Shown in pieces: positions 18,259 through 27,345 of a stretch of DNA of 61,886 bases. The DNA is from Anaerolineae bacterium (GTDB lineage: Bacteria > Chloroflexota > Anaerolineae > B4-G1 > SLSP01): NCBI GenBank assembly GCA_034435555.1, contig DAOTXC010000178.1, forward strand, positions 1 to 61,886. Direction: 5' to 3'. Within the stretch, counting starts at the first letter, position 1. Each line of letters begins with the position of its first letter. Under the pieces are notes generated by a model that had not been told where the DNA came from, did no database searches, and saw only the letters and a list, made by a program, of their open reading frames with translations. The position numbers were made by a program, and so were the translations under genes.

Positions 18259-19947
18259 CTACGCCCCGACGGCGATAGCAGCCAGATCCGCCTCGACCTC
18301 GCCAATGGGCTTGATGTCGAAGTTATCCACCAACACCTTGACCACACCCGGCGAAAGGAACGCGGGCAGGCTCGGCCCCAGGCGGATGTGCTTGACGCCT
18401 AAGTAGAGCAACGCCAGCAGCACGATAACGGCCTTCTGTTCGTACCAGGCGATGTCGTAGGAGATGGGCAGGTCGTTGATGTCGTCCAGGCCGAAGGCGT
18501 CCTTCAGTTGCAGCGCGATGTAGGCCAGCGAGTAGGAGTCATTGCACTGCCCGGCATCGAGGATGCGCGGGATGCCGCCGATGTCGCCCAGATCGAGCTT
18601 GTTGTAGCGGTACTTGGCGCACCCCGCCGTGAGGATGACGTGATCCTGCGGCAGACCCTCGGCGATTTGCGTGTAATACTCGCGGCTCCGCTGACGGCCA
18701 TCGCAGCCTGCCATCACCACAAAGCGGCGGATATCGCCCTGCTGCACGGCGTTGATGATCTTGTCGGCCACGCTCATCACGGTAGCGTGGGCGAACCCGG
18801 CGGGAATCGCCCCGTCTTCGAGGGCCTGCGGCTCGGCTGAACGCTGCGCCATCTCGATAAGCGGAGTGAAGTCCTTCTGCTGCCCCGGCTCCCGGTCGGG
18901 GATGTGCGGGCAGCCGGGCCAACCGGCCAGGCCAGTGGTGAAGAGGCGCTCCCTGTAGCTCTCTTTCACCGGGACAATACAGTTGGTTGTCATCAGAATG
19001 GCCCCGCCGAAGCTCTCAAACTCCTTGGCCTGATGCCACCACGAGCCGCCGTAGTTCCCAACGAAGTGCGGATACTTCTTGAAGGCGGGATAGGCGTTGG
19101 CGGGCAGCATCTCGCCGTGGGTGTAGACGTTGACGCCCGTGCCCTCGGTCTGCTGAAGCAACTCATCCATGTCGCGCAGATCGTGACCGCTGATGAGGAT
19201 CGCCGGGCCGGGCCGCACGCCGAGATTGACCTGGGTCGGCTCCGGGTGGCCGTAGCGCCCGGTATTGGCCTCGTCGAGCAGGCGCATGGCCTCCACCCCC
19301 ATCTCGCCAGCCTTGAGCACCAGGCCCACCAGATCAGCGGCGCTCAGGCTGTCATCCAGGGTGGCGTCCAGCGCCTCCTGCATGAAGTGCAAGAGCGCAT
19401 CGTTGGTGTACTCCAGCACGTAGGCGTGCTCGGTGTAGGCCGCCAGCCCCTTGAGGCCGTAGATCAGCAGTTCCCGCAGCGAGCGGATGTCCTCGTCAAG
19501 GTCGGGATCGGCCAGAACGCCCACCAGCTGCCCCTTCATCTCCAGCACGTTGGCATCGTAGGTCTTGGGGAGCCAGGTTGCCGCTTCGGGCAGGCCATCG
19601 CCGCAGGCATCCGCGCCGTGGAGGGCGCGACATTGCGCCTGGGCGCGCTCGCGCAGCGCCTCGCGGCGCTGAATCGCTTCCTCGATCCAGGCCACATGCA
19701 CCGCCGGATCGAAGTTGACATTGGTGATGGTCAAAAAAAGCGCCTTCGCCACGAACAGATCGGTCTCCGGGTCCACAATCCCCAGGTTCGCGCGTCCCCG
19801 CACGCCCCAGAAGGAAATTCCCTTGAGCGCCCAGATTAGCAAATCCTGCAGGTTCGCCACCTCCGGGGTCTTGCCGCAGACGCCACGCACCGTGCACCCC
19901 TCATTCTTGGCCGCTTCCTGACACTGATAACAGAACATATCCATCAT
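18259..19947 (-). CDS. hcp: Hybrid cluster protein (hydroxylamine/NO reductase)
   Basis: [18 protein letters not shown] cubane ligands; hybrid-cluster motifs SGHD, THGEM, TTNC, GCDG, GCAKY, GQCND, WYEQK. Confidence 0.96.
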   Translation of the reverse strand: MMDMFCYQCQEAAKNEGCTVRGVCGKTPEVANLQDLLIWALKGISFWGVRGRANLGIVDPETDLFVAKALFLTITNVNFDPAVHVAWIEEAIQRREALRERAQAQCRALHGADACGDGLPEAATWLPKTYDANVLEMKGQLVGVLADPDLDEDIRSLRELLIYGLKGLAAYTEHAYVLEYTNDALLHFMQEALDATLDDSLSAADLVGLVLKAGEMGVEAMRLLDEANTGRYGHPEPTQVNLGVRPGPAILISGHDLRDMDELLQQTEGTGVNVYTHGEMLPANAYPAFKKYPHFVGNYGGSWWHQAKEFESFGGAILMTTNCIVPVKESYRERLFTTGLAGWPGCPHIPDREPGQQKDFTPLIEMAQRSAEPQALEDGAIPAGFAHATVMSVADKIINAVQQGDIRRFVVMAGCDGRQRSREYYTQIAEGLPQDHVILTAGCAKYRYNKLDLGDIGGIPRILDAGQCNDSYSLAYIALQLKDAFGLDDINDLPISYDIAWYEQKAVIVLLALLYLGVKHIRLGPSLPAFLSPGVVKVLVDNFDIKPIGEVEADLAAIAVGA

Positions 19948-19961
19948 AACCTCCTCGTAAA

Positions 19962-20192
19962 TTAGCGCGTATTGTTATCTGATGCAGCAGGAGCAACGAC
20001 GAACTCGTAGGCCAGGGTAATCGCATCCTCCGGGCAGAGCTCCTCGCACAGGCCACAGTAGGAGCAGTCCGCAGGCCGCACAATCACCGGACGGCCCGCG
20101 AGCAGTTCAACGGCCTGCGTGGGGCAATAAGTCACACAATGCCCACAGCCCGTGCAGCGCTCCAGGTCAATCGTCGGCAGCCATAAATCCAT
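19962..20192 (-). CDS. 2x[4Fe-4S] ferredoxin
   Basis: [12 protein letters not shown] and [12 protein letters not shown]; RBS GGAGG. Confidence 0.9.
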   Translation of the reverse strand: MDLWLPTIDLERCTGCGHCVTYCPTQAVELLAGRPVIVRPADCSYCGLCEELCPEDAITLAYEFVVAPAASDNNTR

Positions 20193-20220
20193 CGTCATCT
20201 TCCTCCGCATCAGTAGCCAT

Positions 20221-20263
20221 AGCATACCACGCGGGGGTCAGGGAGTCTGTGACTTTAGTTACA
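20221..20263 (-). promoter_or_regulatory. CRP/HcpR-type box plus extended -10 of the hcp operon
   Basis: TGTGA-N6-TTACA at 20248-20263; TG-G-TATGCT with the hexamer at 20221-20226 on the minus strand. Confidence 0.75.
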
Positions 20264-20317
20264 AAGCGAGTCAGCGAATCCGGGGGCAGCAAAATCCAGG
20301 TCACTCGTGGTTGTAGT

Positions 20318-20983
20318 TCACAGCTCCGCCTCGCGTTCAAGGGCGGCGTGATCCACCACGGTAATGCGCTGGCGCTCCGCCTTGAGCAGCCCTTCCTTGA
20401 CGAAGGCCCGCAGCGTGCGGCTCACCACCTCGCGCACGCTGCCGATGTGCGCGGCGATCTCCTCGTGGGTCCAACGGGCCGGCAATTCGGCAGCTTCTTG
20501 CTCGAGCAAGAAACGCGCCAGCCGCCCCCGCACCGAATACAGCGCCAGGTCACTCGCCAAGCCGGTGAGATGCGCCAGCCGTTCGGCAAAATCGGCGAGG
20601 AGCACCTGCGCCAGATCGGGCCACTCGCGCAGCAGGCGGCGGAAATCGGCGGCGTGGAGGAGGAGCAAGGTCACATCGTTAAGCGCCTCGACGCTGGCGG
20701 CGTTCAGTCCTGCGGACTGCAAGGGGGGCGCGATGTTGAACGCTTCCCCCGGCCCCAACTGCACGAGCACCTGCTGGCGGCCCTGCGGCGACATCCGATA
20801 AACGGAGACCTCGCCCGCGAGGATGAAATAGGCCGCCTCGCAGAGGACGCCTTCGAGCAGTATTAATGCACCGGCAGGATAGCGGCGCTCGATAGCCGCT
20901 TCCGCGATGCACGCCAATGCCGCATCGGGCAGCTCGGCGAAAAGCGCGATCTGCCGCAACGTGTCGGAAGCAAAGGTCGCCAT
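20318..20983 (-). CDS. Crp/Fnr family regulator (HcpR-like)
   Basis: cNMP-binding-fold N-domain (LGPGEAFN), recognition helix SVREVVSR; adjacent to hcp. Confidence 0.88.
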   Translation of the reverse strand: MATFASDTLRQIALFAELPDAALACIAEAAIERRYPAGALILLEGVLCEAAYFILAGEVSVYRMSPQGRQQVLVQLGPGEAFNIAPPLQSAGLNAASVEALNDVTLLLLHAADFRRLLREWPDLAQVLLADFAERLAHLTGLASDLALYSVRGRLARFLLEQEAAELPARWTHEEIAAHIGSVREVVSRTLRAFVKEGLLKAERQRITVVDHAALEREAEL

Positions 20984-20988
20984 AGCGC

Positions 20989-21024
20989 CTGGGGATGGGC
21001 AGGAGACCCCTCGCCCATCCCCAG
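20989..21024. other. Strong GC hairpin between thrS and the Crp/Fnr gene
   Basis: 12-bp perfect inverted repeat CTGGGGATGGGC / GCCCATCCCCAG; no U-tract. Confidence 0.6.
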
Positions 21025-21036
21025 ATCCCCTATCAG

Positions 21037-22830
21037 CTATTCCAGCGCGCGGGTGGCTAGCGCCTGCTGCACGTGCGCGATGAAGTCATCCACTGAAAGC
21101 ACGCCCAGCTGCCGGTTCTTGCCACGCAAGCGGACAGCGACCGTGCCGGCTTCCGCCTCCTGATCGCCGACGACCAGCATGTACGGGACCTTCTGCAGCT
21201 GCGCCTCGCGGATCTTGGCGTTCATCCGCGACGCCGACGCATCCACATTGACGCGGATGCGCGCCTGGCGCAGCTGCTCCTCGACCTGACGGGCGTACTC
21301 GATGTGCCGGTCGGCGATGGGGATCACCCGCGCCTGCTCCGGGGCCAGCCACACCGGGAACGCACCCGCGTAGTGCTCCACCAAGATGCCGAAGAAGCGC
21401 TCGATGGAGCCAAGCAGCGCGCGATGCACCATGTAGGGGCGGTGCTCGGCACCATCCTCGCCCACGTAGGTCATATCGAAGCGCTCCGGCAGGTTAAAGT
21501 CGAACTGGATCGTCGTCAACTGCCACTCGCGGCCCAGCGCGTCCCGGATTTTGAGGTCAATCTTGGGGCCGTAGAAAGCCCCGCCGCCCGCATCCACCTC
21601 ATAGGCGACCCCCTCGGCCTCGATGGCCCGCTGGAGCGCGGCCTGCGCCTGCTCCCAACGCGCGGGTTCGCCCACTGCCTTCTCCGGGCGCGTGGCAAGA
21701 TAGGCCTCGATCTCCTCAAAGCCGAAGGCGTGCAACATCTCCAACGAGAAGCGCAACACGCGCAGCACCTCAGCCTCGATCTGCTCCGGCGTGCAGATGA
21801 TGTGCGCATCATCCTGCGTGAAGCCGCGCACGCGCAACAGCCCATGGAGCACGCCGCTCTTCTCATAGCGGTAGACCGTACCCAGCTCCGCCCAGCGTAA
21901 CGGCAGCTCGCGATAGGAGCGCAAGCTCGTCTTGTAGATCATGATGTGGAAGGGGCAGTTCATCGGCTTGATGAAGTACTCCTGGCCGTCCACGTCCATC
22001 GGCGCGTACATGCTCTCGCGGTAGAAATCGAGGTGGCCGGAAGTATCCCACAGCCACGCCTTGCCGATGTGCGGCGAGTAGACGAAATCATAGCCGCCCT
22101 CGAGGTGCTGGTCGCGCCAGAAGTCCTCGATGGTCTTGCGCATCATCGCGCCTTTGGGATGCCAGTAGGCCAGACCCGGCCCGGCCTCCTCGTGGAACGA
22201 GAGCAGGTCGAGATCGCGAATGAGCCGGCGGTGATCGCGCTTCTTCACCTCTTCCAGCCAGTCGAGGTATTCGCGCAGCTCCTTGGGGCTTTCCCAGGCC
22301 GTGCCGTAGATGCGCTGAAGCATGGGGCGGTCGGCATCACCGCGCCAGTAGGCCCCGGCGACGTTGAGCAGCTTAACGGCCTTGGGGTTGATCTCGCGGG
22401 AGTTTTCCACATGCGGCCCCCGGCAGAGATCAACGAACGCGCCGCTCTTGTAAATCGAGAGTTTGGGCGTCTCCGTCTTCTCGCCGTACTCGTCGGTGCC
22501 GCGCTCCAGGATGTCGTGGATCAGCTCCAGCTTGTAGGGCTGATCCGCGAAGAGCGCCTCACCCTGCTCTGGCGCGATCTCCTCGTAGACGAAATCATGC
22601 CTCTCGGCGAGCAGCTCTCGCATCCGCTCCTCAATTTCCGCCAGGTCCTCCTCGGTGAGCGGGCGTGGCAGATCGAAGTCGTAGTAGAAGCCATGCTCGA
22701 TGGGCGGCCCGATGGCGACTTTGCCGTCGGGGAATTTTTCCAGCACCGCAGCCGCCATCACGTGCGCGGCGGAGTGCCGAATACGATACAGTTTACTTTC
22801 GTGATAAGCTTCGGGACTCATGGATTTCAT
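21037..22830 (-). CDS. thrS: Threonine--tRNA ligase (short form without the N-terminal TGS domain)
   Basis: RHSAAH and DLCRGPH editing motifs, KPMNCP, RVRGFTQDDAH, MVHRA. Confidence 0.97.
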   Translation of the reverse strand: MKSMSPEAYHESKLYRIRHSAAHVMAAAVLEKFPDGKVAIGPPIEHGFYYDFDLPRPLTEEDLAEIEERMRELLAERHDFVYEEIAPEQGEALFADQPYKLELIHDILERGTDEYGEKTETPKLSIYKSGAFVDLCRGPHVENSREINPKAVKLLNVAGAYWRGDADRPMLQRIYGTAWESPKELREYLDWLEEVKKRDHRRLIRDLDLLSFHEEAGPGLAYWHPKGAMMRKTIEDFWRDQHLEGGYDFVYSPHIGKAWLWDTSGHLDFYRESMYAPMDVDGQEYFIKPMNCPFHIMIYKTSLRSYRELPLRWAELGTVYRYEKSGVLHGLLRVRGFTQDDAHIICTPEQIEAEVLRVLRFSLEMLHAFGFEEIEAYLATRPEKAVGEPARWEQAQAALQRAIEAEGVAYEVDAGGGAFYGPKIDLKIRDALGREWQLTTIQFDFNLPERFDMTYVGEDGAEHRPYMVHRALLGSIERFFGILVEHYAGAFPVWLAPEQARVIPIADRHIEYARQVEEQLRQARIRVNVDASASRMNAKIREAQLQKVPYMLVVGDQEAEAGTVAVRLRGKNRQLGVLSVDDFIAHVQQALATRALE

Positions 22831-22854
22831 CGCTTTTCCTCCTTGTTACCTCTA

Positions 22855-23100
22855 CGCAAAAACGCCCCGGTTCCTCTTGGGACGCGGGGCGCACGTGGTT
22901 CCACCCAAGTTCGCAAGCCAGTTTTCTGGCTGCGCACTCTTACGGCTATAACGGGCCTACCCGGAAATCTATACTCGGCCTCGGCCTTTCCAAATTTCAC
23001 TCGCGGGGGGTTTTCGCCGGGTTGGGGTGGAAAAGGCTCTCAGTCGCTGACCCTCTCTCCCTGTCACCTGCTGCCGGGTACTCGTCCCGCTCAACGCAGT
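22855..23100 (-). promoter_or_regulatory. T-box riboswitch (Thr)
   Basis: T-box AACTTGGGTGGAACCACG (22893-22911); terminator CGCCCCG..CGGGGCG plus U-tract; stem I AGTA/CTGAGA motifs; candidate specifier ACC at 23009-23011. Confidence 0.9.
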
Positions 23101-23120
23101 AACATCTTCAACTGAGTATG

Positions 23121-23149
23121 ATTATATCCCCAACGCGGTCGAATGTCAA
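23121..23149 (-). promoter_or_regulatory. thrS promoter
   Basis: Perfect TTGACA-N17-TATAAT. Confidence 0.85.
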
Positions 23150-23402
23150 GAAAATCCGGCGATTTTCGCGCAAAATTGCCCTAATCCGCCATTTGTGGAT
23201 TGCGCAAAGGTCTTTTTTCGTGTAAAATGAAGGTAGAGATGTGGCGCGCCTCTTGCGATATGAAGATAGTGAACCGCAAGCACCCAGCGCTACACACGGG
23301 AGCCTCCTCTTACCTGCAATCAAGGAGGATTGGCATTTTTTCATGTATTATTTTGGCACACAGTTCAAATAAACGCTAACAAGATTAGCATAGGCGAGAG
23401 AA

Positions 23403-24404
23403 ATGAAACACGCAAGTATGATTTTAAGAAAAATGGCGCTCGTCTTGATTCTCGCCACGCTCTTGGGCGCTCTCCCACAGCAGCCCGCCCTGATGCAGCA
23501 GGATGGAGAACGCTTCCGTTACTTTGAGGAGACGGGGCACTATGTGCGCGGCGTCTTTTTGGATTTCTTCGAAAGCCGTGGCGGCTTGAGAATTTTCGGG
23601 TATCCCATCACCGAGCCATTTGTTGACCAGGGCTTTCTGGTGCAGTATTTCCAAAACGCGCGCATGGAATGGCATCCCAACAATCCCGATCCCTACAAGG
23701 TGCAGCTGGGCCTCCTGGGCGACGAGCTCCGCTACCAACAACCGTTCGTGCCACGCCCACAGTTCTCCTCCCGGCGGCGGGTCTACTTCCCCGAAACGGG
23801 ACATACCGTCGCCTACGCCTTTCTCGATTACTTCAACGCCAACGGCGGCATTGATATCTTTGGCTATCCGATCTCCGAGATGTATTTCGAGGACGGCACA
23901 ATCGTGCAGTACTTCCAACGGCTCAAGATGGAGTGGCACCCACAGGACAACGTCAATCCGGTGCAGATCGGCAATTTGGGAGAGCTCTATGTGAGCGTCT
24001 ACCGCAGCCGAATGCCGCAGGAGGCCTTTACCCGCCGGTCGCCCATCCCTACCGCCGACACAACCCCCGAACCCATCCAAACGCCCCGCGTCACGGCCCT
24101 ACGCGCGGTCGTCTCACTGCGGTACTCCGTGATGGGGCAACAGGGCGACCAGACCGTCTCTGTGCTGGTCACTGATAATACGGGGGCAGCCTTGCCAGAG
24201 GCGCAGGTTGATATTCGCTTTATCAGCCCTTCAGGCGCGACGCTAGGCTCCCGCACGGGTCTCCGCACCGACGGGCGGGGATTTGTGCGCGCAGAGATTC
24301 CCGTGACGGGCGGGCGCACTGGCGAGCAAGTCGTCGTACAGGCCGATGTGCGCTACAGCAATCTCACCACTAACGCGCAGAATATCTTCTTGCTCTGGTG
24401 GTGA
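23403..24404 (+). CDS. Secreted protein with two Chloroflexi-type YFPETGH repeats and a C-terminal Ig-like domain
   Basis: Signal peptide; YFEETGH..GGLRIFGYPITE..VQYFQNARMEWHP, repeated as YFPETGH..GGIDIFGYPISE..VQYFQRLKMEWHP. Confidence 0.8.
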   Translation: MKHASMILRKMALVLILATLLGALPQQPALMQQDGERFRYFEETGHYVRGVFLDFFESRGGLRIFGYPITEPFVDQGFLVQYFQNARMEWHPNNPDPYKVQLGLLGDELRYQQPFVPRPQFSSRRRVYFPETGHTVAYAFLDYFNANGGIDIFGYPISEMYFEDGTIVQYFQRLKMEWHPQDNVNPVQIGNLGELYVSVYRSRMPQEAFTRRSPIPTADTTPEPIQTPRVTALRAVVSLRYSVMGQQGDQTVSVLVTDNTGAALPEAQVDIRFISPSGATLGSRTGLRTDGRGFVRAEIPVTGGRTGEQVVVQADVRYSNLTTNAQNIFLLWW

Positions 24405-24476
24405 ATCGAGCTGACAACAAGCGCGCCGCGCATGTTTGAAACGTGCGCGGCGTGTGGTTTATAGTGACGAGCACTT

Positions 24477-24653
24477 TCACTCATCGGTTGATTTAGCTTC
24501 TCCCAGTCCCAAGCGGGCCTTCAATCGCTCGAACCAACTCTCTTTACGCTCTTCGAGTCTCCCATCTGAGCGCAGTTGGCGCAATCGCCCCACGGCCCGG
24601 CGTAATTTCTGCATACGAATGACTTGATTCTCTTTAGACTCTTTCTCTGTCAT
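24477..24653 (-). CDS. Small basic hypothetical protein (58 aa)
   Basis: RBS GAGGAG; candidate own promoter TTGCCT-N16-TACAAT; helical charged sequence. Confidence 0.55.
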   Translation of the reverse strand: MTEKESKENQVIRMQKLRRAVGRLRQLRSDGRLEERKESWFERLKARLGLGEAKSTDE

Positions 24654-24726
24654 GCTCGTGCTCTCCTCGAATCCTGCATCACCGCCATTGTAACCCCAAC
24701 TGGCTACAAGGCAACCGCTATGCGCA

Positions 24727-25533
24727 TCAGCGCGCATCCGGCGTGGAGGCAAACATATACCCTACCCCGCGAACATTGAGGATGTAGCGCGGCTTCTTAG
24801 CGTTCGGTTCCAGCTTGCTGCGCAGCCGCCGAATATGTACCCGCACAATGGAGCGCGCGCCCCAGGGGTCGGCCTCGTAGCCCTGCGCGCACCGCACCAG
24901 TTCCTGCGGCGTGCAGACCTCATCAACACGGGCCATCAGGCACTCCAACAGGCGGAACTCGGTCGGGGTCAGGTTGACCGGCTGCTCGCGGAATGTCACC
25001 AGATGTTTGGCGCGATCCATCAAGACCTCATCTACCTGTAAAAAGCGCTCCTCATCCAGGCCGCCGGTCGTCGCCACGCCCGCTTCGCCGGAGCTCGCCA
25101 CCAGTTCCTCGACGGTCTCCTGTAACCGCTCGACCAGCACGCGGCGATGCCGCTCCTTGACAAGTTCGTTCAGCCCGCGCTTGACCGCCGCCAGGATATC
25201 CTCCACCGGGCACGGCTTGAGCAGGTAATCGTAGGCCCCCTTGCGCATCGCCTGGATGGCGGTCTCAAGGGTTCCGTAGCCGGTGATCAAGATCGCCACG
25301 ATGTCAGGAGAGTGGGCGTGCAGCCCCTCCAACACCTGCAACCCATCCATCCCCGGCAATTTGAGGTCGAGGACGGCCAAATCGAAGGGCGTCTCCGCTG
25401 CCTGTACCAGCGCGAGCGCGTCCTCGCCAGAAGCGGCCAGATCAACGTAATAGCCCTCTAGCCGCAGCAGTTCCGCCAGCGTGATGCGTTCAGCGGGCTC
25501 ATCATCAACCACGAGAATACGATTCTGCGCCAT
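24727..25533 (-). CDS. OmpR-type response regulator with a long helical linker
   Basis: REC (VVDDE, LDLKLP, YLLKP) plus Trans_reg_C (LTPTEFRLL, VRVHIRRLRSK, NVRGVGY). Confidence 0.92.
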   Translation of the reverse strand: MAQNRILVVDDEPAERITLAELLRLEGYYVDLAASGEDALALVQAAETPFDLAVLDLKLPGMDGLQVLEGLHAHSPDIVAILITGYGTLETAIQAMRKGAYDYLLKPCPVEDILAAVKRGLNELVKERHRRVLVERLQETVEELVASSGEAGVATTGGLDEERFLQVDEVLMDRAKHLVTFREQPVNLTPTEFRLLECLMARVDEVCTPQELVRCAQGYEADPWGARSIVRVHIRRLRSKLEPNAKKPRYILNVRGVGYMFASTPDAR

Positions 25534-27159
25534 TCATCCTCCTTCTCGATACCTGGGCAAACGCACGATAAAGGTCGCGCCCCTACCCGGCGGGTTTTCC
25601 ACATCTATTGCGCCCCGGTGACGCTCAACGATCCGATAGCTGATAGCCAAGCCCAACCCCGTTCCGGTGGGCTTGGTGGTAAAAAAAGGCTCAAAGAGAT
25701 GCTCGCGCACCTCCGGCGTGATGCCCAATCCACTGTCCCGAAAGGCGGCGACCACTTGCTCGCGCTCGGGGTGATAGGCCGTCCCCACCCAGAAAGTGCC
25801 CCCCTCCGGCAACGCCTCGATGGCGTTGATGATGATGTTGAGGAAGACCTGCGTGAGCTGATTGGGCGTCCCCCAGACCAACAGCGGTTCGGCGGCGAGA
25901 TGCGCCACCACCTGGATTTTGGCCTGTTGGAGGCGCTTGTTAGCAATCGCCAGCGCATCTTCCACGGATTTGTTGATGTCAATGGCCTCCATCACGTCGG
26001 AGGCCGGGCGATAGAAATCGAGCATCCGCCGGACGATCTGCACCAGACGATTGATCTCCTGTTGAGCCAGGCCCAAATAGCGCCGCTGATCGCTCTCGCT
26101 GAGGCTAGGATGCAGCGAGAGGTGGAGGCTGTTCTGGATCGCCTGCAACGGGTTGTTGACCTCATGCGCGATGGAAGCGGCCAGCCGTCCTACGGCGGCC
26201 ATCTTTTCCGCCTGGATCAACTGGCTCTGGGAACGCTCCAATTCATCGGCGAAGGCGGCGAGCTCCCCGTAGAGGCGGGCGTTATCCACCGCAATGGCGA
26301 CCATCGCCGCGATGTGCCGCAGCAAGGGCACCGAATCCACATCGAGGCTCCCCGCTTGGCCCAACACCACGAGCAAGCCGACGGTCTCCTCGTGCGTCAT
26401 CAACGGCACGCAGAGGAGATCGAGCGGCCCCATCTCCAATGCGGTCTGCCAGAAACCCGTAGGCACGGCGGTCTGCAACACCGGCTCGAATGTTGCCAGC
26501 GCCTTGGCGATAGCGCCCTCCTCGGCCACCGGCACCACGCGGCCTTCCAGCCACGTTCCCTCCGGGCTGCGCGCGGTGCGGATGACCCAGGCGCCCATCT
26601 CCTCATCGTTAAGCACGAGGGCCAGCGCGTCGGCCTCGACGACCCGCTCCAACCCTCGAAGCGCCAACATCAGCACTTGATCCAGATCGAGGCTGGAGGA
26701 GACGAGCCGGTTGATCTCGTTGAGGGCAGCCAGCTCCTGGTTGCGCTGGCGCAGCAGTTGTTCGGTGCGGCGAATCCGCAAGACCACACCGATGCGCGCG
26801 AACAATTCCTGGGGATCAAAGGGCTTAGTGACGTAATCATCGGCGCCCATGCGCAGGCCACGCGCTTTGTTGACGACCGAGTCGAGCGCGGTGATGAGGA
26901 TGACGGGGATCTGTTCCAGCAGCGGATCAGCCTTCATGGCCTCCAAGATGCGGAAGCCATCCGCGCCGGGCATCACCACGTCCAGCAAGACCGCATCCAC
27001 CTCGCGGGCGGCAGCGACCTCTTCACGCAACAGGTGCAGCGCGGTCTCGCCATCGCTGGCGACGAGCACGCCACAGGGCAACATCTCCAGCACTTCCTGG
27101 ACTAATTGCACCATCTCTGGATCATCATCAACGATTAGTACGCGCGGGTCCATTGTCAT
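25534..27159 (-). CDS. Hybrid REC-GAF-histidine kinase (cytoplasmic)
   Basis: REC, GAF (IAVDNARLY), H-box AHEVNNPL, N box, D-S-G-L-G, EPFFTTK, GTGLGLAI; no TM segment. Confidence 0.92.
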   Translation of the reverse strand: MTMDPRVLIVDDDPEMVQLVQEVLEMLPCGVLVASDGETALHLLREEVAAAREVDAVLLDVVMPGADGFRILEAMKADPLLEQIPVILITALDSVVNKARGLRMGADDYVTKPFDPQELFARIGVVLRIRRTEQLLRQRNQELAALNEINRLVSSSLDLDQVLMLALRGLERVVEADALALVLNDEEMGAWVIRTARSPEGTWLEGRVVPVAEEGAIAKALATFEPVLQTAVPTGFWQTALEMGPLDLLCVPLMTHEETVGLLVVLGQAGSLDVDSVPLLRHIAAMVAIAVDNARLYGELAAFADELERSQSQLIQAEKMAAVGRLAASIAHEVNNPLQAIQNSLHLSLHPSLSESDQRRYLGLAQQEINRLVQIVRRMLDFYRPASDVMEAIDINKSVEDALAIANKRLQQAKIQVVAHLAAEPLLVWGTPNQLTQVFLNIIINAIEALPEGGTFWVGTAYHPEREQVVAAFRDSGLGITPEVREHLFEPFFTTKPTGTGLGLAISYRIVERHRGAIDVENPPGRGATFIVRLPRYREGG

Positions 27160-27240
27160 CAGCCACCTGTTGTGTTAGCCCCTTGCTAACTTAGAGTATA
27201 AACCGAGTTGGGGAAATTGAAAGCGCGCCAGCCAATGGTG

Positions 27241-27278
27241 TGCAGCACTCACTCCGCACTCCTACACTGAACGACTAC
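27241..27278. repeat. Degenerate heptamer tandem repeat (ACTCCGC/ACTCCTA-like)
   Basis: gcactc-actccgc-actccta-cactgaa; 7-nt periodicity in intergenic DNA. Confidence 0.4.
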
Positions 27279-27313
27279 AAAAAATCAGGGACAGGGATTG
27301 CACCCTGCCCCTG
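27279..27313 (-). terminator. Terminator after the solute-binding protein gene
   Basis: CAGGGGCAGGG / CCCTGTCCCTG plus U-tract. Confidence 0.75.
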
Positions 27314-27345
27314 AGACACATTGCTTGTGCGTCACAATCGCACGC

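Noticed and set aside
23330-23527. 65-aa ORF after AAGGAGG upstream of the secreted protein
   Set aside because: The TTG lies only 1 nt after the SD, the ORF overlaps a better gene, and its sequence is not protein-like.
27243-27270. CIRCE (HrcA) half-site AGCACTC
   Set aside because: No GAGTGCTAA second half, and no chaperone gene adjacent.
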